Sequence record: DRR378314_1440
Direction: 5' to 3' (one strand)
Length of the DNA: 35,840 nt
Below are positions 19,344 through 28,873 of this stretch, one piece after another. The position numbers and the translations under genes were made by a program. Position 1 is the stretch's first letter, and every line of letters starts with the position of its first letter. Below the pieces are notes generated by a model that had not been told where the DNA came from, made no database searches, and was given only the letters and a program-made list of their open reading frames with translations.

Positions 19344-20399
19344 ATGAAAATTATCCTCTCTATCGGTCACCCAACGCCGGGCACCCTTCACCTTCGGCAG
19401 AGATTGGCCGGGGCCTGGTCGCAGCTCGCGGCGCAGCACGTCTTGCTCCCCGCATTGTCTCCCGCCAGCCAGGCCTGGACGCTGGCGCAGGCTATAACTG
19501 CCGAGAACGAGACTGGACGCCCCGCCCCTGCAGATCTGACGCAGGAACACGCGTTGCTCGGATCGAATCACAATATCACCCAGGGCAGCTTGAAAGCGCA
19601 GATGCAGCATGTGGCCCCAGCCACCGTGCTCCTGTTCCCTGCCAGCTCCGACAGTTCTGAAGATGCAACCAATGCAGCCAGAACCGCATTGGCGAAGCTC
19701 CTGCACAAAGCCGAAGTCCACCTCTATTGCGCGCTGCCGCGCCCGGACCTGCATCTCGAACGCCTGCTCACCCGGAGCATTTCTGACGGCGCGCCGCTTG
19801 GGGCATTGGCTGCTGAAACAGAGGCGCTTCTTGACAGTCCACATGTGGATTACCGCCAGCTTTTGGCGCCCTGGTTGGCGCTGTTTCCCAAGGCCCCGCT
19901 TCATCTCCATGCGGCTCAGGACCCCGACGCCGAGATCGCGCGCTATTGCGAGATCGCAGGCCTTCCTGCCCTGCCCGACCTGTCAATCGCCCCGCAGCAG
20001 CCCCGCCCTCTTCCCCGGGCTCTGCTGGACCCGATGCGACTCGCCAATGCGCTGGCCCCCGGTGATTTTGACTTTCACGCCGAACTGCAGAGCCGCCTGG
20101 GCCAATGCACTCTGCCGCAAGACGCCGACGTCGAACTGTTCGGCGCGGAAATCCGCCAGCGCCTTCATGACAGTTTTGCTCCCGTCGCCGAAGCGCTCGC
20201 ACAGCACACCGGCGGCGGTGCCGCATTCGAAGACCTGGATGCCATTCTGCGCCCTCGCCCGATCCCGCTTGATCAGCTGCACCCCGGCTTTCTGCGCGCG
20301 CTGCCGGGGTTTCCAACCACATTGTTCCGCCCACGCCTGCGCGCCCTGCGCCAGCAGCTGAAGAAAAAACGCTCTGACAAGTCCGCAGCAGCGTGCTAG
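19344..20399 (+). CDS. Degenerate sulfotransferase-fold protein, paralog of the downstream gene
   Basis: MKIILSIGHPTPGT aligns with MKVILYIGHHKVGS of 20443..21567. Shared blocks YCALxRPD, DVE(L/V)FGA, F(E/D)DLDxILxPR. Confidence 0.7.
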   Translation: MKIILSIGHPTPGTLHLRQRLAGAWSQLAAQHVLLPALSPASQAWTLAQAITAENETGRPAPADLTQEHALLGSNHNITQGSLKAQMQHVAPATVLLFPASSDSSEDATNAARTALAKLLHKAEVHLYCALPRPDLHLERLLTRSISDGAPLGALAAETEALLDSPHVDYRQLLAPWLALFPKAPLHLHAAQDPDAEIARYCEIAGLPALPDLSIAPQQPRPLPRALLDPMRLANALAPGDFDFHAELQSRLGQCTLPQDADVELFGAEIRQRLHDSFAPVAEALAQHTGGGAAFEDLDAILRPRPIPLDQLHPGFLRALPGFPTTLFRPRLRALRQQLKKKRSDKSAAAC

Positions 20400-20442
20400 A
20401 TCCAGCCGTCACAGCCCAGCACAACACGCGGCCAGAACCTTA

Positions 20443-21567
20443 ATGAAAGTTATTCTTTACATCGGCCACCACAAGGTTGGCTCCACCGCCCTGCAGGCGT
20501 TTCTGGCCCGGAACTGGGCCGCCCTGGCGCGATCCGGCATCCTGTATCCCAGTGTCGACGGGCGCGGCTATGCTCAGAACCTGAGCCAACTTCTGAACAA
20601 GACCCAGCCAAAGCACCTGCCGCCCCATCTGCGCGAACCGCATAACGCGCTGGCCTACCAGATGATCGCCGACGTCAGTCGCCGCCCGATTCCAGATCAA
20701 TTCGGCCAGCTGCCGGGCACCGCCGCCATGCTAGATATGATCCGTCAGCAAACCGACGCGCTGGAACCGCATACGGTGATCCTCTGCGCCGAAGCCTTTG
20801 CCAATTTCGGCGAAGTCGGGCCGGATTTGATCACCCGCCTGTGCGCCGCGTTTCCGGCGGCGGAGTTCACCGTGTATTGCGCCCTGCGCCGCCCGGACGA
20901 ATACCTCGCCTCCTGGCACGGGCAGCGGTTGAAGGTCGGAGAACCCGCAGCCCCCCTGCGCAGCTCCGGGCTGAAGCATTACCTCAAGACCATACACTTC
21001 AACTACCGCACCGTCGTCAGCGCCTGGGTGGAGCGGGTGCCCGCGGCTCGGCTCATCCTACGCAACTATGCCGATATTCTGGCCACTGGCGGCTCGGTGG
21101 AGGATTTTTCCGAACACTGCGCCCTGTCCCTGCCGGACGACATCAAGCCGCAGGGGCGTGCCAACCCCAGCCTGCCGTTGGCGGCCTTTGCCGTGATGGA
21201 GCGCGCCAACAAGGCGCTTGCCCCGCAACCCCGGCATAATCTGTCGATGTTCCTGCAGCGGCAAGCTGGTGCTCTCTGCCCGGTGGCGAACCGTGATGTG
21301 GAAGTCTTTGGCGCCCCCCAGCGTGAGCAGATGCTGGCCGCCTTTCGCCCGCATGAAGCCTATCTGGCAGAGCTCATCGGCCAGCCCCGCTTTTTCGATG
21401 ATCTCGACAGCATCCTCATTCCGCGGACAGTGCCGGATCAGGACGCCGCACGGCAATTGCTGGACGTGATCGACCCTGAGACCATTCCCCACCCCATCCC
21501 GCGCGACTTCATCCGCTCTCTCAAGAGCAGTTTTGTCCCCCAACGTCAGGCGCAGCACCTTTCATGA
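20443..21567 (+). CDS. Sulfotransferase-fold protein, putative polysaccharide sulfotransferase
   Basis: ILYIGHHKVGSTALQ, VILCAEAF, YCALRRPDEYLASW, NPSL. Confidence 0.75.
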   Translation: MKVILYIGHHKVGSTALQAFLARNWAALARSGILYPSVDGRGYAQNLSQLLNKTQPKHLPPHLREPHNALAYQMIADVSRRPIPDQFGQLPGTAAMLDMIRQQTDALEPHTVILCAEAFANFGEVGPDLITRLCAAFPAAEFTVYCALRRPDEYLASWHGQRLKVGEPAAPLRSSGLKHYLKTIHFNYRTVVSAWVERVPAARLILRNYADILATGGSVEDFSEHCALSLPDDIKPQGRANPSLPLAAFAVMERANKALAPQPRHNLSMFLQRQAGALCPVANRDVEVFGAPQREQMLAAFRPHEAYLAELIGQPRFFDDLDSILIPRTVPDQDAARQLLDVIDPETIPHPIPRDFIRSLKSSFVPQRQAQHLS

Positions 21568-23384
21568 TCACTCTCCAGAACATCATCGCGCCAGAAATCG
21601 GCATCTGTACAGAAAACAGGCTCTATTACAGAGAAACTGGGGCTGTCGGACTGGATTTGGAGCAGGGGATTTACCGTGTTCCGCCCGGCTGCCGGATCGG
21701 GTTCGACACCTATTTCAACCTCTTCAATCTCGACAGCTGGATGGCCCACTGCAGCCTCTGCGGCCTGTTGCTGGAAATCAACGGCAGCGGCGAAGCCGAG
21801 GTCCGTGTCCACCAGGATCTTCCGGGGCGCTCCGGCGAGGTCATCTGGTCGCAAGTGGTCCGGCTCACAGCGGACGCTCCTCTGGTGCTGGATCTGGAGG
21901 ATCTGCTGCTCGAACCACATGGGGTGCTGTCGTTCAGTGTCACCGCCCTGTCGGAACCGGTCACACTCAGCCACGCCCGCTTTGCAACCGCCCACCTCCC
22001 CGACGTACGCCGCGAGACGCTGCCCGAGCTGGCGATTTCGATCACCACCTTCCAGCGCGAAACCGAGGTGGAGCGCACCGTGACCCGGCTCTGCGCCTTC
22101 CTGAAAACATTTGCCTATGGCGATCACATTCGCCTGCAGGTGGTCGACAACGGCCAAAGCGCCGCCCTGCCTGCCACGGACGGGCTGCATGTCTACCCCA
22201 ACCACAACTACGGGGGCGCCGGCGGTTTTGCCCGCGGCCTGCTCGAAGCCGAGGCTGCCGGGGTCAGCCATTGCCTCTTCATGGATGACGATGCCTCGTT
22301 TCATATGGAAAACATCGCCCGCGCCTACATGTTTCTGCTTCTTGCCCGCGATCCGCGCACCGCATTGGCCGGAGCGATGATCAATACCACCCATAAATGG
22401 GCGATCTGGGAAAGCGGGGCCTGGTTCAACGGCGCCTGCCGGCCGCTGTTCAATGGCGTTAACCTGCGCAACCGCGCCCGGATGATGAAGATGCAGCATG
22501 CCCAGACCGGCCCGCAGCCCGACACGCTCTATGGTGGCTGGTGGTTCTTTGCCTTCCCGGTTGCGGGGCTGCGCCACCACCCCTTTCCCTTCTTCGTGCG
22601 CGGCGATGATATCAGTTTTTCGCTGGCCAATGATTTTGCCATCCGCACCCTGAACGGGGTGGTCTCCTTTCAGGATGATTTCACCGAGAAGGAAAGCGCC
22701 CAGACGCTTTACCTCGATCTGCGCAACCATCTGATCCATCACCTGGTCTTCGACAGCCTCGCCCGCAGCCCGCTGGGCACGGCACGGGTGGCGATCCGTT
22801 TCATCCTGCGCTCGCTGCTGCGATTGCATTATTCCAGCGCCCAAGCTCAGCTATTGGCCTGGCGGGACGTGATGGAGGGACCAGAGTTCTTCGATACCAA
22901 TATCGACATGAGCGCCCGGCGCAGCCGCATCCGTGACATGGCCGGGGACGAAGCCTGGCAGCCGGTGGCCGACCTGCCGCACGCCACCCCGCGCAAACGG
23001 ATTTTCACCCGCGTGTCGCGCAAGCTGCGCACCGGCCTCGGCCTCCTGACCCTGAACGGTCACCTGATCCCCTTCTGGTCCCGTATGGGCAGTCGCATCC
23101 AGCAGGACATCAGCCAGCGAGGGCTGGTCTATCACGCGCTTGGAGCCGCAGAGATCACCTTCGCCAACACCAACCGCGACAAGGCCTATACCCTGCGCCA
23201 TTCCAAGCGACGGTTCTTTTGCATCGCTTGGGAAATGACACGCCTCACGGTCCGGTTCATGCGGGAATTCGATCAGCAAAAATCAACCTGGCGTCAGGGT
23301 TATACCACCATGACCACGGCGCAGTACTGGCAGGAAAAACTCGCTCCGATGGCGGGCCAAACAGGCTCTGAGCAGGAGAAATAG
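21564..23384 (+). CDS. GT2 glycosyltransferase, galactofuranosyltransferase (GlfT2)-like
   Basis: AISITTFQR, VVDNG, NYGGAGGFARG, FMDDDA, YGGWWFFAF, FFVRGDDISF. glf lies nearby. Confidence 0.82.
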   Translation: MITLQNIIAPEIGICTENRLYYRETGAVGLDLEQGIYRVPPGCRIGFDTYFNLFNLDSWMAHCSLCGLLLEINGSGEAEVRVHQDLPGRSGEVIWSQVVRLTADAPLVLDLEDLLLEPHGVLSFSVTALSEPVTLSHARFATAHLPDVRRETLPELAISITTFQRETEVERTVTRLCAFLKTFAYGDHIRLQVVDNGQSAALPATDGLHVYPNHNYGGAGGFARGLLEAEAAGVSHCLFMDDDASFHMENIARAYMFLLLARDPRTALAGAMINTTHKWAIWESGAWFNGACRPLFNGVNLRNRARMMKMQHAQTGPQPDTLYGGWWFFAFPVAGLRHHPFPFFVRGDDISFSLANDFAIRTLNGVVSFQDDFTEKESAQTLYLDLRNHLIHHLVFDSLARSPLGTARVAIRFILRSLLRLHYSSAQAQLLAWRDVMEGPEFFDTNIDMSARRSRIRDMAGDEAWQPVADLPHATPRKRIFTRVSRKLRTGLGLLTLNGHLIPFWSRMGSRIQQDISQRGLVYHALGAAEITFANTNRDKAYTLRHSKRRFFCIAWEMTRLTVRFMREFDQQKSTWRQGYTTMTTAQYWQEKLAPMAGQTGSEQEK

Positions 23385-23394
23385 GGCAGATCCG

Positions 23395-24048
23395 TCAGCG
23401 CAACGCGGATTCATGTACGGCGATGGCCTCTTCGAGGTCTTCGTAGTATTCCGCTTTGCCACCTTCCAGCACCACACCGGCATTGCAGAACTTGCGCACC
23501 TCGCCCATGGAGTGGTTGACCAGAATGGCGGAAGAGCTGCGCATCCGCTCGGCGAACACCGCCTGGCTCTTGCGTTTGAAGGACTGATCCCCCACTGCGG
23601 TGACCTCGTCCACCAGATAGGTATCGAATTTGATCCCCATCGAGGCCCCGAACGTCAGACGCGACCGCATGCCACTGGAATAGGTCCGCATCGGCATGTG
23701 ATAGGATCGGCCCAGCTCGGCGAACTCGCCCACGAAATGCACCAACTCATCGGTATCAACCCCGTAGATACGGGCAACGAAACAGACATTTTCCGCGCCC
23801 GTCAGATCCCCGTGAAACGAAGCCGCAAGCCCGACCGGCCAGGAAATCGTGCCATCGCTCAGCACCCGGCCATTATCGGCCGGCAGGGTTCCTGCGATGA
23901 TCTCCAGCAAGGTGGACTTGCCCGCCCCGTTGCGTCCCAGCAGCGCCAGAGACTTGCCCGTGGGCAGGGTCAGTGACAGGTCGTCGATCACCACCTTGCG
24001 CTCCCCCTTGATCCAGAAGGTCTTGGTCAGGTTTTCCAGCCGGATCAT
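23395..24048 (-). CDS. kpsT: Capsular polysaccharide ABC exporter ATP-binding protein
   Basis: Walker A GRNGAGKST, signature YSSGMRSRL, Walker B YLVDE, VGDQSF. 217 aa with no C-terminal extension. Confidence 0.95.
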   Translation of the reverse strand: MIRLENLTKTFWIKGERKVVIDDLSLTLPTGKSLALLGRNGAGKSTLLEIIAGTLPADNGRVLSDGTISWPVGLAASFHGDLTGAENVCFVARIYGVDTDELVHFVGEFAELGRSYHMPMRTYSSGMRSRLTFGASMGIKFDTYLVDEVTAVGDQSFKRKSQAVFAERMRSSSAILVNHSMGEVRKFCNAGVVLEGGKAEYYEDLEEAIAVHESALR

Positions 24049-24058
24049 GCCTGTTGCC

Positions 24059-25474
24059 TTATCGCCGGTCGCGAACCGAGTAGTAAATCAGGACCATGAT
24101 GGCCCAGCCCATCAGCAGAAACAGCCCGCCCAGAGCAGGAATCAGGTAACGGCGCGGATATTCGGAATCTTCGGCTCGTGTCGGATTGATATAGGTTGCC
24201 AGGTAGCGGCTTTGCCGGGTGGCCTCGTCCCGCGCCAGCTCCATCGAGGTCAGCGCCACACGATAGGATTGCTCGGCAAATTCCCGATCCACGGTCAGCC
24301 GCTCGAACTCGGAAATCAGTGCGGGATATGTCTCACCCGCGCCGCCGCCCTCGATGCTTTCGGAGGAGGCAAAGCTGGTGCGCTCCTGGTCGATCCGTTC
24401 GCGGATCACGGTGATGCGACGCTCCGCCGTGGCCAGACGCGGGTCATCACCGCTGACGGTCCCGCGCAACAGGTCATATTGCACCAAAGCCTCGGCCAGC
24501 TGCTGCTGAAGGTTGTTCATCACCCCCATACGCCCCTGGATATCCGCTTCCGGATCGACGATCCGAGTGCGGGTGCGAAACTGCACCATCGCCTCGCGCG
24601 CAGCTTTCAAACGCTCCAACGCCTCGTTCAGATCGGCACGAGCGTAGCGCATGGCATCTTCGCGCGCCTGTTCATTCAGAATATTGATGCGCGCCTGCGA
24701 ATGCGCCACGATCGCTTGGGTGATTGCCTGCGCCATGTCACGGTCATAGGCCACCACCTGGATCTCGGTCAGGCCGGAGCCACTGTCATAAGACACGCTG
24801 ACAATGCGCTGCCAGAACCAGATCAGATCCTCCACCGTTGCATCCGGCCAGATCGAGAAGGCCCAGTCCTTCGGCCAATGGGCGGCATAGTGATCGACAA
24901 GACCCAGTTCGGCATTGATCTCCTGGGCAAGCTCCTGGCTCTGGATGAATTCATAGAGGATATCACTGTCCGCCCCGGTGCCGCCGCCAGCACCGGCGAA
25001 CTGCGCCAGCCCGCCCAGCAGATCGGTGGCCGAGGCGCCCTCCTGGCTGCGGACCGTAAAGCCCGCCCGCGACACATACTGATCTTCCGCCACCACAAAG
25101 AGATACATCGTGATCGCCACCAGTGGCACCAAAACGACGGCCACAAAGCTGCCCAGCACGCCCCAGTGCCGTTTTTTCATCCGCGCCGGCTGTGCCACCG
25201 CCGGCACCGCTGTTGCAGACAGTTTCTTGTTCAGCTCGTGGACCTTGTCCTCGGCCGTCTTGGCCCGGTGGCGCAGGGCAGAGAGCTCCTTCTCCGCACC
25301 ATCCGGAACTGCCGGATTTTTTTGCGGTGGCGTTTTGGCGGGCGGTGTTTTGGCCGCTTTTTCCGTCTCGGAGGGGGGGGCCGTCTTGGCCTCGGCAGGT
25401 GCATCCTGCTTGGCATCAGAGGCAGGTGCCGGTGCATCGCCCGCAGATTTGATGGGGGTTACATTATCGCTCAC
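24059..25474 (-). CDS. kpsE: Capsule export inner-membrane adaptor / polysaccharide co-polymerase (KpsE/RkpR family)
   Basis: Two TM segments (…SFVAVVLVPLVAITMYLF…DQYVS…F; YPRR…LIYYSVRDRR) flank a coiled-coil periplasmic region. Pro/Ala/Lys-rich N-terminal extension. GTG start at 25474 is tentative. Confidence 0.88.
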   Translation of the reverse strand: MSDNVTPIKSAGDAPAPASDAKQDAPAEAKTAPPSETEKAAKTPPAKTPPQKNPAVPDGAEKELSALRHRAKTAEDKVHELNKKLSATAVPAVAQPARMKKRHWGVLGSFVAVVLVPLVAITMYLFVVAEDQYVSRAGFTVRSQEGASATDLLGGLAQFAGAGGGTGADSDILYEFIQSQELAQEINAELGLVDHYAAHWPKDWAFSIWPDATVEDLIWFWQRIVSVSYDSGSGLTEIQVVAYDRDMAQAITQAIVAHSQARINILNEQAREDAMRYARADLNEALERLKAAREAMVQFRTRTRIVDPEADIQGRMGVMNNLQQQLAEALVQYDLLRGTVSGDDPRLATAERRITVIRERIDQERTSFASSESIEGGGAGETYPALISEFERLTVDREFAEQSYRVALTSMELARDEATRQSRYLATYINPTRAEDSEYPRRYLIPALGGLFLLMGWAIMVLIYYSVRDRR

Positions 25475-25643
25475 AACGGCATCGCTTTTTAAAAGGCATA
25501 TCGGGCGAGTTATCACGACAAATGCCTCCGAGATCAATGGGCGGCTGAGGCTCTTTACAGGAAAGAGCCGTTTGTCACCACCGCAGCCTTCCTTCATAGT
25601 GCGCCCTGAACCTGTATCACCCCGTTGATTTCCCGAGAGTCTG

Positions 25644-26468
25644 ATGGCCGATTCCCCGCAGCAGCCTGTTCTTCCTGCCCTCACCCCGGTGCGCGGCAGC
25701 CCCAGACGCTTTGCAACCGCCCGAACGATCATGGCTCTGATCCTGCGGGAGATGTCCACCCGCTACGGGCGCACCCCCGGTGGCTATCTCTGGACCGTGC
25801 TGGAACCGCTGGCAGCGATCCTCTTTCTCAGCCTCGGCTTTTCTTTGATGTTGCGCAGCCCGGCACTCGGCAACAGCTTCCTGCTGTTTTATGCCACCGG
25901 CTACATGCCGTTTGAAATCTATATGAGTCTGTCGCGGACCTGCCGCCACGCAATCGGATTTTCCAAACCCCTGCTGCGCTATCCCGCAGTCACATGGATC
26001 GATGCCATGTTGGCCCGCCTGCTGCTGAACGCTCTGACCGGGGTCTTCAATTCCTTCCTGCTTCTCGGCGGCATCCTCCTGTTCACCGATGCGCAGGCCA
26101 TGCTGGATCCGGAACCGATCCTGTCCGCCTTGCTGCTGGCAATCCTGCTGGGGCTGGGCATCGGCTCCATCAATGCAGTCCTGTCCGCCTTCTTCCCGAT
26201 CTGGGATATCATCTGGAGCGTTGTGAACAGGCCGCTGTTCATCGCCTCCGGGATCTTCTTCCTCTATGATGATATGCCGCGCTTTGCTCAGGACATCCTG
26301 TGGTACAACCCTCTCATTCATATCGTCGGCCTGATGCGAACAGGGTTTTACCCAAGCTACGCGGCCTCCTATGTCAGTGAGCTTTACGTAATGTTCCTGA
26401 GCCTCGGGTTGACGGCTTTTGGCTTCTTGCTGCTGGCCCGTTTCAATCGCGACATACTGAACCGCTGA
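25644..26468 (+). CDS. kpsM: Capsular polysaccharide ABC exporter permease
   Basis: ALILREMSTRYGRTPGGYLWTVLEP, about six hydrophobic segments, SGIFF, WYNPLIH. Confidence 0.93.
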   Translation: MADSPQQPVLPALTPVRGSPRRFATARTIMALILREMSTRYGRTPGGYLWTVLEPLAAILFLSLGFSLMLRSPALGNSFLLFYATGYMPFEIYMSLSRTCRHAIGFSKPLLRYPAVTWIDAMLARLLLNALTGVFNSFLLLGGILLFTDAQAMLDPEPILSALLLAILLGLGIGSINAVLSAFFPIWDIIWSVVNRPLFIASGIFFLYDDMPRFAQDILWYNPLIHIVGLMRTGFYPSYAASYVSELYVMFLSLGLTAFGFLLLARFNRDILNR

Positions 26469-26476
26469 GTGCGTGT

Positions 26477-27478
26477 TCAGTCCCGTGGTTTGGCCAGATC
26501 CAACACCTGGGCGTGAGACATCGACGTCCGGCCCAACACCCCATCGCGAATCGCCCGGCGCAGCAACCGCAGGAACACCGGGGTATCCGCACCGTAGTGG
26601 CGCGCTTTCATCACCCACTTGGGTAATATCACCAGCAGCGCGGGCCAAAACATCAGCCCTGCCGCCATCCGATACAGGAACAGCAGATTGCGGTGGTAGT
26701 AATAGATCTTCCACAAGGGAGCGAGCCGCCCCCGCTGCACCGCCACCTGCCCCTCTGACCCGGCAAAGCTGGTCAGATCATGCTCAAAACGAACCCCCGG
26801 CTCAAAACCGATTCGCCCCCCCTGCTTGCTCAGGCCCAGCGTGTAGATGCCGTCATCACCATAGATGAACAGATTTGGATCAGGATAGCCGATCCGCCGC
26901 ACCGCCTCTGCCGAGATGAAAAACCCCACAAAGGAGGTGACATCGATCCCCCTGCCTTCTCCTTCATAGGCAGCGGGCGGAATGTGAAATCCCGAACGCC
27001 CGCCCCCCAGCACCGTGCGCAGGAATTCGCGCTGGTGCCAGAACGGGTTGCGTGAAGGCCGGTTCATCTCGCAGATTTCTCCGGATGGGAAATAGACCGC
27101 GGCCGCCATCGCATCCCATTTGCCGTCCGGCACCGCGTGAAAAGCCGCCAGCCCTCCCGGTTCCGGGCGGCCATCATCATCCATCACCACCAGCCAATCG
27201 GGCGCGTGCTGCTCCATCGCGTGACGCATGCCCATGGCAAAGCCCCCCGCTCCCCCGGAGTTCACTTTGCTAGACAACACATCAAGGCGCGGATCGCTCA
27301 AGCCAGCCAGCCATGCGCCGGTTCCATCCGTAGAGGCATTGTCCGCCACCACCACCATAGCCAGCTCTTCGGCCGGGCTTTCCAGCAAGCGCGCAAGCGT
27401 AACCTTCAGCTTATCGAGCCGGTTGTAGGTTACCACCACGGCCACCAGCCGGCATTGCGTCCCATCGGGGAAGGACAT
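26477..27478 (-). CDS. Glycosyltransferase family 2 (GlfT1/rhamnosyltransferase-like)
   Basis: ATG at 27478 after AAGGAG. VAVVVTYNR, ADNASTDGT, NSGGAGGF, VMDDD, SFVGF, FIYGDD, YYYHRN. Confidence 0.9.
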   Translation of the reverse strand: MSFPDGTQCRLVAVVVTYNRLDKLKVTLARLLESPAEELAMVVVADNASTDGTGAWLAGLSDPRLDVLSSKVNSGGAGGFAMGMRHAMEQHAPDWLVVMDDDGRPEPGGLAAFHAVPDGKWDAMAAAVYFPSGEICEMNRPSRNPFWHQREFLRTVLGGGRSGFHIPPAAYEGEGRGIDVTSFVGFFISAEAVRRIGYPDPNLFIYGDDGIYTLGLSKQGGRIGFEPGVRFEHDLTSFAGSEGQVAVQRGRLAPLWKIYYYHRNLLFLYRMAAGLMFWPALLVILPKWVMKARHYGADTPVFLRLLRRAIRDGVLGRTSMSHAQVLDLAKPRD

Positions 27479-27760
27479 ATTCGGGCACGCTCCTTGATTT
27501 TGGCCGTCTCGCGTCTCCCATACAGGCACAACGCCCGACTGACAAACCACGTCTCAACACACAATGCCCACCCCGCAAAGAGCGTCGCCCGGAAACCACC
27601 CCGCCCGTCGCTCCCGACAGGGCAGCTCTGACCTGAATGTCACAGCAGCCGTAGCAGTGCCCCACAGACAGCTCCCATGTTGACGCTCCCCTCCGTGACA
27701 GTATTGTGCGGCATGAACTTCCACCGTCATTTCCTGACTGCCATCAGGATTAGGATCTCA

Positions 27761-28873
27761 ATGCTGAAACTTCCGCTCCTGGTCGCCGCACTTGGCATCG
27801 CCCTCCTGCCCGCAGCCTGCTCACGCCTGCCCGGAGGCGCCCCCGCCAGCGAAGAGATCCTGCGATCCGCCTCACAGGCAGATGCGAATTTTGCGCTCTA
27901 CACGGTGAACCGTGCCTTTCTGCCCACCGTGGCGCACTGGCCCCCGACCGGCAAGCAGGAGAGCCTCGGCTGGATCAGAGCCAGTCGGGGCCCCAAGACC
28001 CAGATCATCCAACCCGGCGACCAGCTGACGTTGCGCATCTGGGACAGCAATGAAAGTTCACTGCTGAGCTCCGTCGGTCAGAAAATGGTACAGCTGCAGG
28101 ACGTGCGGGTCTCCGCCAACGGCAATGTCTTTCTGCCCTATGTCGGCGAAAAGAACGTCAATGGCATGACCCCGGAACTGGCGCGCGAAGAACTGCAGGC
28201 TGCCCTGGAGGTGATCGTGCCCTCCGCCCAGCTGCAACTCGACATGAAAGAAGGCCGCAACAACTCGGTCGATCTGGTGTCCGGTGTGGCGCGTCCCGGC
28301 ACCTATCCGATGCCGGATCGTAATTATTCGGTGATGGGGCTGATTGCCGCGGGTGGTGGCATTTCCTCCAGTCTGAACAATCCACAGATTCGCTTGATGC
28401 GGGGCGGACGCCTGTTCGGCACTTCGGTGGACAGCCTGTTGAACCACCCTCAGAAGGATACGCTGCTACGCGGTGGTGACCGTGTCTTTGTCGAAGAAGA
28501 CGAACGCTATTTCCTGTCGTTTGGGGCCACTGGAACCGAGGATCTCCACACGTTCACCAAGGATGACGTCTCGGCGATGGATGCCCTGTCGATCTCAGGC
28601 GGGTTTCAGGACAGCAAGGCCGACCCCAAAGGTCTGTTGATTCTGCGAGAATACTCTGCCTCAGCGGTGGCACCGGGCGTGCGGGGACCACGGCAGCAGC
28701 GAGTGGTCTTCACCCTTGACCTGACCACGGCAGAAGGGCTGTTCTCAGCCCGCAATTTCCAGATCAATCCCGGCGATCTGGTCATGGCCACCGAAAGCCC
28801 GATCAATGATGCTCTGACGATCTCCAACCTGATCGGCAATATCTTCGGCGTCTTCAGCCGCGCGGGTCTCTAA
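27761..28873 (+). CDS. wza: Polysaccharide export outer-membrane lipoprotein (OPX, Wza/KpsD family)
   Basis: Lipobox-like LPAAC, PES motif IQPGDQL...GNVFLPYVG, SLBB-like GVARPGTY...AAGG, INPGDLV, amphipathic C-terminal helix. Confidence 0.9.
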   Translation: MLKLPLLVAALGIALLPAACSRLPGGAPASEEILRSASQADANFALYTVNRAFLPTVAHWPPTGKQESLGWIRASRGPKTQIIQPGDQLTLRIWDSNESSLLSSVGQKMVQLQDVRVSANGNVFLPYVGEKNVNGMTPELAREELQAALEVIVPSAQLQLDMKEGRNNSVDLVSGVARPGTYPMPDRNYSVMGLIAAGGGISSSLNNPQIRLMRGGRLFGTSVDSLLNHPQKDTLLRGGDRVFVEEDERYFLSFGATGTEDLHTFTKDDVSAMDALSISGGFQDSKADPKGLLILREYSASAVAPGVRGPRQQRVVFTLDLTTAEGLFSARNFQINPGDLVMATESPINDALTISNLIGNIFGVFSRAGL

